DNA of 33,356 bases from Candidatus Fraserbacteria bacterium (GTDB lineage: Bacteria; Bipolaricaulota; Bipolaricaulia; RBG-16-55-9). The stretch is taken from contig JBBIPG010000019.1 in the NCBI GenBank assembly GCA_037442925.1, positions 1 to 33,356 on the forward strand, read 5' to 3'. This document shows, in pieces, positions 25,638-33,356 of the stretch; position 1 is the stretch's first letter, and the number at the start of each line of letters is the position of its first letter. Made by a program: the position numbers and the translations under genes. Under the pieces are notes generated by a model that was not told the DNA's origin, did no database searches, and was given only the letters and a program-made list of their open reading frames with translations.

Positions 25638-25999
25638 TGCTGACGCATTTGGAAGCCTACGAGATTGGGCTCGTGGCCTGGGTGGCGCTGCTGGCGGTCT
25701 GGGGGCTCCAGGGGTTGATCGCGGCCTATGTGGAAGACCCCAAGCCCACAGCGGCAGAGCGCAGACCCGTGAACGAATCCTGGAGCGCTCTCTTGGTGAT
25801 TCTTGCTTTGATTGGGCTGGAGATCTTCTGGGCCGTGCTCTTTGTAAGAGGAATCTTCGAAGGAGCGTCATCGAACACGTTGGCCTTATATGGGGTCTTG
25901 CTCACCTTCACTTTGGCAGCTGCATTGATCGTCTATCGGCGCGCCTTCGTGCCGGATGAGACTCTACTTCAAGAGCGCGATGAGGGAGTTCCCTGGTGA
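25637..25999 (+). CDS. fbcX: FbcX-like 3-TM accessory subunit, copy B
   Basis: Clear paralog of 13811-14173 (THL.AY.I.L.AW...YRR.F...E...Q.RD.G.PW). Confidence 0.7.
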   Translation: MLTHLEAYEIGLVAWVALLAVWGLQGLIAAYVEDPKPTAAERRPVNESWSALLVILALIGLEIFWAVLFVRGIFEGASSNTLALYGVLLTFTLAAALIVYRRAFVPDETLLQERDEGVPW

Positions 26000-26016
26000 C
26001 TAAGAAGGGAAAATCG

Positions 26017-26679
26017 ATGTCGACGGGTGACAAGCCCAGAAAGCCAAACACGGGAGAGCAACGAAGGTTTTCGCGTCGAGCGCTCGTGCAATGGGTGCTT
26101 GGCGTCGGAGCCGCCTTCGCTATGGGAGCCATGTCCATCGCGGCTCTCTCCATTCGACCCACGAAGCGGAATGCCAAACAGCAGGAGCCGGTAGCAGCAG
26201 GGGACCGCCTGGTCTTCGTGATCGGAGCCAACAAAGGGCAACCCATTCGCCGTGACAGCATCCCGGTGAACGAAGCCGTGCTCGCCTTCCCTGAGGGAAA
26301 GGATGGCAATCCAGACAACTTGATCCTGCTCTGCCATCTCGATCCCGTGAGCCTCGCACCGCCGACCATCCTCGCATGGACGGCAGAGGGTCTTGTGGCC
26401 TATAGTGCTATCTGTACCCATCTGGGCTGTACGGCCTCTACTCTTCAGAGGATGGAAGGGACGGACTTCCCCCAGCTGCTGTGCCCCTGTCACAGCGGCG
26501 TCTTTGACCCGCAGAGCGGTGCCATCGTCAAAGCCGGACCACCACCGCGTCCTCTGCCACAACTGCCCATCCAGATCGATAACCAGGGAGAGTTGATCGC
26601 TGCGGGCTGGTTCGAAGAGCCCCCTGGAGTCGTTCCCAAAGGGGAGCTACGGCGATGGCGAGAGAAGAACAAGAACTGA
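26017..26679 (+). CDS. fbcF: Rieske [2Fe-2S] protein, copy B
   Basis: FSRRAL plus TM. CTHLGC, CPCHSGVFD, GPPPRPLPQLP. Alternative GTG start at 25996. Confidence 0.94.
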   Translation: MSTGDKPRKPNTGEQRRFSRRALVQWVLGVGAAFAMGAMSIAALSIRPTKRNAKQQEPVAAGDRLVFVIGANKGQPIRRDSIPVNEAVLAFPEGKDGNPDNLILLCHLDPVSLAPPTILAWTAEGLVAYSAICTHLGCTASTLQRMEGTDFPQLLCPCHSGVFDPQSGAIVKAGPPPRPLPQLPIQIDNQGELIAAGWFEEPPGVVPKGELRRWREKNKN

Positions 26680-28004
26680 AGGCTCCCCAGGCAGAGTCCG
26701 CACCTGCCCCGAGTTGGTGGGACGAGCGCCTGGATTGGAGACGTTTTAAAGCCAAGTACCTGCGCAAAGCCTTCCCGGTGCATCCCGCGTTCTTTCTGGG
26801 TGAGATCGCACTCTTTAGTTTTGTTATATTGGTTCTCACGGGAATTCTGCTGGCATTGACCTACGAGCCCTCTGCACAGCTTGTCGAGCTAGAGGGCAAT
26901 CAAGTTCCAGCAGCCTACGCCAGCGTCGTCGAGAACGATGGCACTCCTCTGGGGCTCTTCGTGCGACAAGTGCATCACTGGGCTGCGCATGTGATGATTG
27001 CTGCCGCCATCTTGCATCTCTTGAGGATCTTCTTCACCGGTCTTTACAAGAAACCTCGTGAGATCAACTGGCTCGTGGGTCTTCTGCTTTTGGTCCTCGC
27101 TGTGTTTGCCTCCTTCTCCGGCTATCTCTTGCCCTTCGATGCGTTTTCCGTCACCGCCACGGGGATCGGCTATCACATCGCACGCTCTGTCCCGTGGATC
27201 GGGCCGCAGTTGGCTGATTTCATCTTTGCCGGAAGATTCCCGGCACCGGGGACGATCCCGCGCTTCTATGCCTATCACGTGATCCTCATCCCCTTGTTGA
27301 TCATGGGGTTGATTACCTTGCACCTCTGGATTCTGCTCAAGCAGCACCATAGCCAGGCGCCTTCTGCGCGGATCTATGTGGGCAACCGCAAGATTCTGGG
27401 TGTGCCGCTCTGGCCCCATCAAGCTCTGCTGATGACCGTGCTCTTCTTGGTATTATTGGGGATCTTGTTCGCGGTGGCCGGTCTTTTCCCAGTTCACCCG
27501 GTGGCATACTACGGCCCACCGGAGCCGGCCACACCCGTCGTCAAGCCCGACTGGTATTGGCTCTGGCTCTACGGGGCTCTCAAGCTGGTCCCCACCTGGT
27601 TCGACTTTGAGGCCTTCGGAACGACGATCAATCCAGAGAACCTGGGGGGAGTCCTTCTCCCGTTGCTGCTGGTGACCCTGCTCGTGCTCTTGCCCTTCGT
27701 GGATCGATCCCGCGAGCCGGTGCACTTTCTGGAGCCGTCGAGCGCACATCCCATACGAACAGCGCTGGGCATAGGAACTCTCACGTTTCTCCTGATGTTG
27801 ATGTTCGCAGCCTACAATGAGGAGCTAAGCTTATCCCTCGAAGTGCTTCGTGTAGGGGTTCTGCTTGTGCCGCTTCTGACTGGAGCTGTTACGTACTGGA
27901 GTCTCCGTGGACGCCACGCCAAAGTCTCGTTGCCCGGAAGAGAGAACCCGCTCGAACCTACGCAGTCGCAAGACCTGACCCAGATCATTGACAAATCCGA
28001 GTGA
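26655..28004 (+). CDS. fbcB: Cytochrome b of Rieske/cytb complex, copy B
   Basis: RKAFPVHPAFFLGEI, HHWAAH, PREINW, KPDWY. Paralog of 11926-13212. Confidence 0.93.
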   Translation: MAREEQELKAPQAESAPAPSWWDERLDWRRFKAKYLRKAFPVHPAFFLGEIALFSFVILVLTGILLALTYEPSAQLVELEGNQVPAAYASVVENDGTPLGLFVRQVHHWAAHVMIAAAILHLLRIFFTGLYKKPREINWLVGLLLLVLAVFASFSGYLLPFDAFSVTATGIGYHIARSVPWIGPQLADFIFAGRFPAPGTIPRFYAYHVILIPLLIMGLITLHLWILLKQHHSQAPSARIYVGNRKILGVPLWPHQALLMTVLFLVLLGILFAVAGLFPVHPVAYYGPPEPATPVVKPDWYWLWLYGALKLVPTWFDFEAFGTTINPENLGGVLLPLLLVTLLVLLPFVDRSREPVHFLEPSSAHPIRTALGIGTLTFLLMLMFAAYNEELSLSLEVLRVGVLLVPLLTGAVTYWSLRGRHAKVSLPGRENPLEPTQSQDLTQIIDKSE

Positions 28005-28017
28005 TGTAAGTTATACT
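27975..28017 (+). promoter_or_regulatory. Copper-operon promoter with a Crp/Fnr-like box, embedded in the 3' end of cytochrome b copy B
   Basis: CTGACccagATCAT at 27975-27988, TTGACA at 27988-27993, 18 bp spacer, TATACT at 28012-28017. Confidence 0.7.
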
Positions 28018-28041
28018 CCGAAACAAGGAGTGGATATCTTG

Positions 28042-28368
28042 ATGATCCTGCGAGTTGCTGCGGTTGCGGTAGCAGCCCTCCTTATGGTCAGTGGCGTGCC
28101 TCAACATGGAGGGCCGCTGGAATGCATGTCTTCTGGGCCGTTCGCGTCCGCGGATTCACAGGGTCAACACTCCACCAATCCTTCGACCGGCTGCAGCTCC
28201 CAGACGCATGCCACGCCCAGCTGGTGGGCGAATTGCTCTGGCTGCGGGACTACTCTGCTGGTAGATGACCTCTCCTCGCCTGAGGAGGCATTCAGGAGTA
28301 CTTGGCTGCTGGTCGTGGCTTTGAATCCCTTCCAAGCACCCTCCCCCCATTGGCGCCCTCCTGCCTAA
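28042..28368 (+). CDS. Putative DUF2946/CruR/CutF-like upstream ORF (signal peptide, CxxC, C-terminal RPP)
   Basis: RBS AAGGAG at 28025-28030 (TTG 28039 or ATG 28042). MILRVAAVAVAALLMVSG...ANCSGC...PSPHWRPPA*. Confidence 0.6.
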   Translation: MILRVAAVAVAALLMVSGVPQHGGPLECMSSGPFASADSQGQHSTNPSTGCSSQTHATPSWWANCSGCGTTLLVDDLSSPEEAFRSTWLLVVALNPFQAPSPHWRPPA

Positions 28369-28503
28369 GCCTCTAGTCCATCCCTTGATCGTTTCGTAGG
28401 CAGATTCACCCGTACAGAAGTAACAGAAGTAGAAGTCATCGTCACTCAGCACAAGAGGTAGTGATACGAGTGCAGCAGGTCAGGTGATGTAAGAGGAGAG
28501 CCC

Positions 28504-30906
28504 ATGATGACACAACACACGGATACGAAGGAAATGGCCAGCGTCGTCCTTTCCGTGCGCGGAATGAGCTGCGCGTCTTGTGTAGCGCATGTGGAGCTGG
28601 CGCTACGCGAACTGCCTGGGGTTTCTCACGTAGTTGTCAACCTCGCCACAGGCACAGCCAGAGTCGAGTACACACCGGGAGTGGTCTTGGTAGACCAGAT
28701 GAAGCAGGCGGTGCGCGACATCGGCTATGAAGTTACCGAGAAAGTCGAAGCCGAAGAGGTCGTTGATCGCGAGCGTGAGGAGCGCCAGCAGGAGATCCGT
28801 CGCCAAGGGCTCTATTTGCTCTTTGCCGCGCCCGTAAGCCTGATCATCATGCTGGGCACGTTTCGCGACTATTGGATCCTGCCCTACTTCGTGCCGGAGT
28901 GGCTGGGAAACAAGCTGCTCTTGGGGCTTCTGGCCACTCCCATCGTGCTGGGTCCGGGAAGGCAGTTTTTCGTCAACAGCTTCCGAGGTCTGCGGCACGG
29001 CGTCACGGACATGAACTTACTCTATGCGACCGGAATCGGCGCCGCATATCTTATTGCCGTCATCAATACGCTCTGGCCCGAGGCGGGCTTTGGTGGTAAA
29101 GGAGCGACGTTCTACGAATCCGCGGCGCTGCTTACGACCTTCATTGTGCTGGGCCGCTGGCTGGAGGCGCTCACCCGTGGGCGCACCAGCGAAGCGATTC
29201 GAAAACTCATGAGTCTCAAGCCCAAGGTGGCTCGCGTGCTGCGCAATGGGCAAGAGCTGGAACTCCCCGCCGACGACGTCCAAGTGGGAGATCTCGTGTC
29301 GGTGCGACCGGGTGAGTCCATACCGGTCGATGGCCTCGTTCTGGAAGGCTACTCCGCCGTGGATGAATCGATGATCACAGGTGAGTCCATCCCTGTTGAA
29401 AAGAAGACCGGCGATGAAGTGATCGGTGGCACTATGAACAAGACTGGGGCCTTCCAGTTCAAAGCGACCAAAGTAGGCAAAGAGACAGCCCTAGCACAAA
29501 TCATAAAGCTCGTCGAAGATGCCCAAGCCAGCAAAGCTCCCATTCAGAAACTGGCCGATTGGGTCGCGGGACACTTCATCTTGGGAGTGCACGCCCTGGC
29601 GCTACTCGTCTTTGCCTTCTGGTTCTTCTTGGGCTATAGCTACTTCTTCGATCCCAGCACGAGCTTCTTGCTCTCACCTCACAAGCTGGGGGAGATCGGG
29701 GTCTTTGGGTTCTCGTTATTGCTCTCGATCACGGTGCTCGTGATCTCTTGTCCGTGCGCTGTGGGCTTGGCCACTCCCAGTGCGATGATGGCAGGAGCCG
29801 GAAAGGCAGCAGAGCACGGTGTGCTCTTCAAAGGGGCCGATGCCATCGAGGCGACGAGCAAGCTCACGACGATCATCTTCGATAAGACCGGCACGCTCAC
29901 CAAGGGTGAGCCTTCGGTCACGGATGTATCTGTCAACGGATCGATGAACGGATTAATGGATGATGAACTACTGGCTCTGGCAGCCTCGGTGGAGAAGGGC
30001 AGTGAGCACCCCCTGGGCGAGGCCATCGTCCGTGCCACTCAGGAGCGAGGCTTAGCAATCGCTGATGTCGAGAGTTTCAATGCCATTCCCGGTCATGGCG
30101 TCGAAGCCCGCTGCCAGGATCACGAGGTTCTGCTCGGTAACCGCAAACTCATGAGCGATCGAGAGGTGGACATTCAGGGCCTGTTATGGCAGGCCGAGGC
30201 GCTAGAGCAAGAGGGCAAGACCGTGATGTTCGTGGCCGTGGATGGGAAAGCCGCGGGACTGATCGCGGTGGCGGACACACTCAAGGATTTCTCGAAGGAA
30301 GCTCTTGAGCGCCTGCACCGGCTGGGGCTCGAAGTTGTGATGATCACAGGGGATAACCAGCGCACGGCACAAGCGATCGCTCGACAAGTCGGCATTGATC
30401 GCGTCTTGGCAGAAGTCTTACCCCAGGACAAAGCGGAAGAAGTGAGAAAACTGCAAGCGCAAGGCAAGAGGGTCGCGATGGTCGGCGATGGCATCAACGA
30501 CGCGCCTGCCTTGGCCCAAGCGGATGTAGGCATTGCCATCGGCTCAGGCACGGACGTCGCCAAAGAAACCGGGCATGTGATCCTCATTAAAGAAGACTTG
30601 CGCGATGTCGTAGTCGCCCTAGAGGTTGCGAAGGCGACCATGCGTAAGGTGAAACAGAATCTCTTTTGGGCCTTTGGCTACAACACGGTCATGATCCCGG
30701 TGGCGGCAGGAGTCTTCTACCCCCTAGCAAAGCTCGTGGTCAGCCCGGAAATTGCGGCCTTCTTGATGGCGACCAGTTCCGTCTCGGTCACCCTCAACAC
30801 GCTGCTCTTGAAACGCTTTGCACCCACACTGAAGCGCGAGGAGCAGCAGCCAGCGCTAACGGCCGGACAATGGGCGACTACAACCGCGACGGGCATAAAG
30901 GAGTGA
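28504..30906 (+). CDS. copA: Cu(I)-exporting P1B-type ATPase
   Basis: HMA motif GMSCASC, TGES, CPC, DKTGT, SEHP, GDGIND, YN and MxxSS. Confidence 0.97.
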   Translation: MMTQHTDTKEMASVVLSVRGMSCASCVAHVELALRELPGVSHVVVNLATGTARVEYTPGVVLVDQMKQAVRDIGYEVTEKVEAEEVVDREREERQQEIRRQGLYLLFAAPVSLIIMLGTFRDYWILPYFVPEWLGNKLLLGLLATPIVLGPGRQFFVNSFRGLRHGVTDMNLLYATGIGAAYLIAVINTLWPEAGFGGKGATFYESAALLTTFIVLGRWLEALTRGRTSEAIRKLMSLKPKVARVLRNGQELELPADDVQVGDLVSVRPGESIPVDGLVLEGYSAVDESMITGESIPVEKKTGDEVIGGTMNKTGAFQFKATKVGKETALAQIIKLVEDAQASKAPIQKLADWVAGHFILGVHALALLVFAFWFFLGYSYFFDPSTSFLLSPHKLGEIGVFGFSLLLSITVLVISCPCAVGLATPSAMMAGAGKAAEHGVLFKGADAIEATSKLTTIIFDKTGTLTKGEPSVTDVSVNGSMNGLMDDELLALAASVEKGSEHPLGEAIVRATQERGLAIADVESFNAIPGHGVEARCQDHEVLLGNRKLMSDREVDIQGLLWQAEALEQEGKTVMFVAVDGKAAGLIAVADTLKDFSKEALERLHRLGLEVVMITGDNQRTAQAIARQVGIDRVLAEVLPQDKAEEVRKLQAQGKRVAMVGDGINDAPALAQADVGIAIGSGTDVAKETGHVILIKEDLRDVVVALEVAKATMRKVKQNLFWAFGYNTVMIPVAAGVFYPLAKLVVSPEIAAFLMATSSVSVTLNTLLLKRFAPTLKREEQQPALTAGQWATTTATGIKE

Positions 30907-31127
30907 TGCCGGTGGAGCGAACGGAGCGAAACGTCGGGCGGGTGAGCACGCTCACGTGCATGGCGATCTCGGGTGCTCTAGCTTTGAGTTTCTTCGTTCT
31001 GGCTTCGCTTTTGGGGTATCCCGTGGTCGCTCGTGTCGGCGGAGCTGTCTGGGTCTTTCTGCTCAGCATGATCGTGAGCCTGCCCCTCGTCACATCGTAC
31101 TGGAAGCGACGTCATAAGGGTGACTGA
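30906..31127 (+). CDS. Small 2-TM membrane protein
   Basis: TGATG coupling with the copA stop. 73 aa, hydrophobic, basic C-terminus. Confidence 0.7.
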   Translation: MPVERTERNVGRVSTLTCMAISGALALSFFVLASLLGYPVVARVGGAVWVFLLSMIVSLPLVTSYWKRRHKGD

Positions 31128-31335
31128 GATGCAGCCGTTGCACGCGCAGTCGGATCATGGGTCGACGATGGGCCTGACGCTGCTCGTCTGGCTCTGCGCC
31201 TTGCCTTTGATCCTTCTGGTTGCGACTCCGTTGTGGGGCTGGAAAGTCGCGGGCTTGGCGGCGCTGGCGCTCTTGTTGATCTTGCTGCCCGTCTGCTGGG
31301 TCATTTGCACTTTCAGGGTTCAGCAAAGGAGATGA
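31120..31335 (+). CDS. Small 2-TM membrane protein with Cys residues (WLC, CWVIC)
   Basis: 71 aa, overlapping the upstream gene and ending next to the downstream start. Start could be ATG at 31129. Confidence 0.65.
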   Translation: MTEMQPLHAQSDHGSTMGLTLLVWLCALPLILLVATPLWGWKVAGLAALALLLILLPVCWVICTFRVQQRR

Positions 31336-31337
31336 AC

Positions 31338-32609
31338 ATGCTCTCGCGCCGTGAGTTCCTGAAGCGAATGGCTGGCGTCGGCAGCGCGCTCTTTAGTCTC
31401 ACTCAGCTACGAGCGCAGGCAACCACCTCTGAGGCGATTCGCATTGGCTTGCAGGCTGATCTCACGGGGACATTGGCCGACTACGGCTACTGGCATCGAA
31501 AGGTGGCCGAAGCTGCCGTGCGCAAGCTGAATGACGAGGGCGGCATCAGCGGGCGGTCAATGGAGCTATTCATCGAAGATACGGCCTCCGAGGCCGCTCA
31601 GGGAACTGACAAGATGCGCAAGCTACTGTTCCAAGACCAGGTGGACTTCGTCATGGGCTCGCAACACTCCGGTGTCTCGCTAGCATCACTGCCGCTGGCA
31701 GCCGAGGCCAAGACCGTCTACTTCCCGCTGGGTGAGGCTACCGAAATCACTGCTCAACTCGGCAACCGCTACAGCTTTAAGCTGAACCATACCGTGCGCT
31801 CGGATGTCTCTGCCACCTACCGATGGGCTGTGGAGAACCTCGGTCGACGCTGGACGCTGATGGTGGCAGACTACGCCTTTGGCCGCTCACACGCTGAGGA
31901 ATGGCCATCACGGTTGCGAGAGATTGAAGGCGAAGCAGTAGAGATCATCTATGTGCCCCTCGAGACGGTGGACTTCGTTCCTTACTTGAGCCGTGTGGAT
32001 CGCGTTCGCACGGATGTGCTCTTCCATGTCTTCCCGGGGGTCAACGGCTTGCGACTGCTTGTGCAAACTGCGGAGCTGGGACTCTTCGAGGATTTGCAGA
32101 TCTTTGGACCCATTTGCACGGTGGACGGCCTTGACATTGAGGCGTTCCCTCCGCTTCTGGGAAGCTGGTACATCTCCAAGCATCCGCGGCGCGCCCGTGA
32201 GATCTCCAGCGAGTTGCAAGAATTCGATCGTGCTTTTCGGCAAGCCATCGGAGTTGGGAGCGATGGTCGCGAACTGGGAACTGATCGCGCGACTACAGGT
32301 TCCCATCTGTGGTACACATGGGAGATCTTGCATCTCCTCAAGCAGGCCGTCGAGGCAACTGACTGGACCAGCAAGGCTGACAATCCCCATCTCGTTGGGT
32401 TTCTAGAGGGAGTACAGATGAAGGCTGGCTTCGGCTTCCCGCAGGGTGACAAGTTCCTGCGGAGAGAGGATCACCAGGGTTTTCACGCACACTACATCGA
32501 GCGGCTGGAAGCTGTCGGCAAGGAACTACAGCTGCGGGTGAAGGCCTCCATCCCCACGGAGCAAGCGGTCTACCCTGTGACGATCGACTATACGCAACAA
32601 GGGTTCTGA
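31338..32609 (+). CDS. TAT-exported LivJ/LivK-like (type I) solute-binding protein
   Basis: LSRREFLK. IRIG...DLTG..A..G......AV...N..GGI.GR..EL..EDT.S, DYAFG. RBS AAGGAG. Confidence 0.88.
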   Translation: MLSRREFLKRMAGVGSALFSLTQLRAQATTSEAIRIGLQADLTGTLADYGYWHRKVAEAAVRKLNDEGGISGRSMELFIEDTASEAAQGTDKMRKLLFQDQVDFVMGSQHSGVSLASLPLAAEAKTVYFPLGEATEITAQLGNRYSFKLNHTVRSDVSATYRWAVENLGRRWTLMVADYAFGRSHAEEWPSRLREIEGEAVEIIYVPLETVDFVPYLSRVDRVRTDVLFHVFPGVNGLRLLVQTAELGLFEDLQIFGPICTVDGLDIEAFPPLLGSWYISKHPRRAREISSELQEFDRAFRQAIGVGSDGRELGTDRATTGSHLWYTWEILHLLKQAVEATDWTSKADNPHLVGFLEGVQMKAGFGFPQGDKFLRREDHQGFHAHYIERLEAVGKELQLRVKASIPTEQAVYPVTIDYTQQGF

Positions 32610-32633
32610 AGCAGCGAAGAGAGGTGAAATGGA

Positions 32634-32861
32634 ATGGAGCACCATTCGGAACAGAGTCAGCAGATGGGATCTGGCGCGCAGCAAAGCGGATCCCCGTGGC
32701 GACGCTGGCTGTGGTTGGGAGGATGTGTGGCTCCCCTGGGAGCCGCCGTGGCCGTCTTAGCGTTTAACGTGCCAGTCAATGCGGTGCTGCTGGTCGGGCT
32801 ATTGGCTCTCTGCCCACTGGCGCATCTATTTCTGATGCGGGGCGGGGAGCACAAGCATTAA
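32634..32861 (+). CDS. DUF2933-like small membrane protein
   Basis: LLALCPLAHLFLMRGGEHKH matches the CPLxHxFM..GH pattern typical near Cu ATPases. Confidence 0.75.
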   Translation: MEHHSEQSQQMGSGAQQSGSPWRRWLWLGGCVAPLGAAVAVLAFNVPVNAVLLVGLLALCPLAHLFLMRGGEHKH

Positions 32862-32867
32862 GGAGAC

Positions 32868-33242
32868 ATGATGTGGTGTCATCTGTTATTGGCAATGCCG
32901 TTGTTAGCGCTGGCAGCCTTTCTCTTTCTGCCGCCTCCGTTGGCCTGGCCGACGACGGCTGCTCTGGTGGCCATTTCAGCCTTTCTGGGAGTGATGATGT
33001 GGCAAGCCATGCGTCAATCCGTGGCGACTGGTCCAGAGGCGATGAAGGGCAAGACGGCTCTGGTGCGCAGTTGGAGTGGCCGACAGGGTCAGATCAACTA
33101 TCACGGGGAACTCTGGAGCGCGCGGGGGCCTGAGGCACTGAAACCGGGTGAGTGGGTCGTGATCTCCGGGCTGGAAGGACTCAAAGCGATTGTGCAACGG
33201 ACAAATCCTATCGACCAAGGAGTCAACAGAAAGGTAGCATGA
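32868..33242 (+). CDS. NfeD-like C-terminal OB-fold membrane protein
   Basis: TG.EAM.GK...V.....GQI..HGELW.A......L.PG..V.I...EGL...V. Confidence 0.85.
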   Translation: MMWCHLLLAMPLLALAAFLFLPPPLAWPTTAALVAISAFLGVMMWQAMRQSVATGPEAMKGKTALVRSWSGRQGQINYHGELWSARGPEALKPGEWVVISGLEGLKAIVQRTNPIDQGVNRKVA

Positions 33243-33300
33243 AAATGGTTGTGCACCGCAGTAGAAGAGGAGCCACAATCTCGGACGGAGGTGCACGATC

Positions 33301-33356
33301 ATGCTGTATGTCGGAGTCGATCATCACAAGCGGTACTGTCAACTGGCCGTCGTGGA
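33301..33356 (+). mobile_element. N-terminus of an IS110-family transposase (truncated by window end)
   Basis: RBS GGAGGT, then MLYVGVDHHKRYCQLAVV, matching the DEDD IS110 start (YVG.D.HK....AV). Only 18 codons are visible. Confidence 0.7.

Noticed and set aside
27988..28017. CueR/MerR-type promoter, or CsoR/CopY operator
   Set aside because: The spacer is 18 bp rather than 19-20, has no dyad, and no such operator or regulator gene is visible.
1..33356. Taxonomic assignment
   Set aside because: No rRNA or marker genes are present, and Thermus-like or Geobacter-like modules do not identify the host.

Overview
High-GC bacterial window dominated by a roughly 22 kb respiratory island (about 5.9-28.0 kb). 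It encodes eight multiheme c-type cytochromes (68 CxxCH motifs plus one CX4CH, counted by eye) and three Rieske/cytochrome b complexes. Two are Thermus-type fbcX-fbcF-fbcB paralogs, each preceded by a Met/His DOMON-domain gene rather than a class I cytochrome c, and one of those DOMON domains is fused to DsbB. The third is a split b6 with subunit IV fused to a nonaheme cytochrome. The island also has a split CbcL-like c/b pair and a B-C-A molybdopterin-family module whose large subunit appears to lack the Psr-type Cys ligand, linked to an 11-heme hybrid cytochrome. On the left lie a partial ParB/Srx-fold gene and a TetR-MMPL/RND operon. On the right lie a copper operon (CxxC/RPP upstream ORF, copA, small membrane proteins, a TAT solute-binding protein, DUF2933-like, NfeD-like) and the start of an IS110-family transposase. 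Six promoter regions carry a Crp/Fnr-like box (nTGAy-N4-rTCAn) centred about 29-31 bp upstream of a -10 hexamer, usually in tandem copies 22 bp apart, which suggests one regulon. All family calls come from motif recognition; no searches were run.
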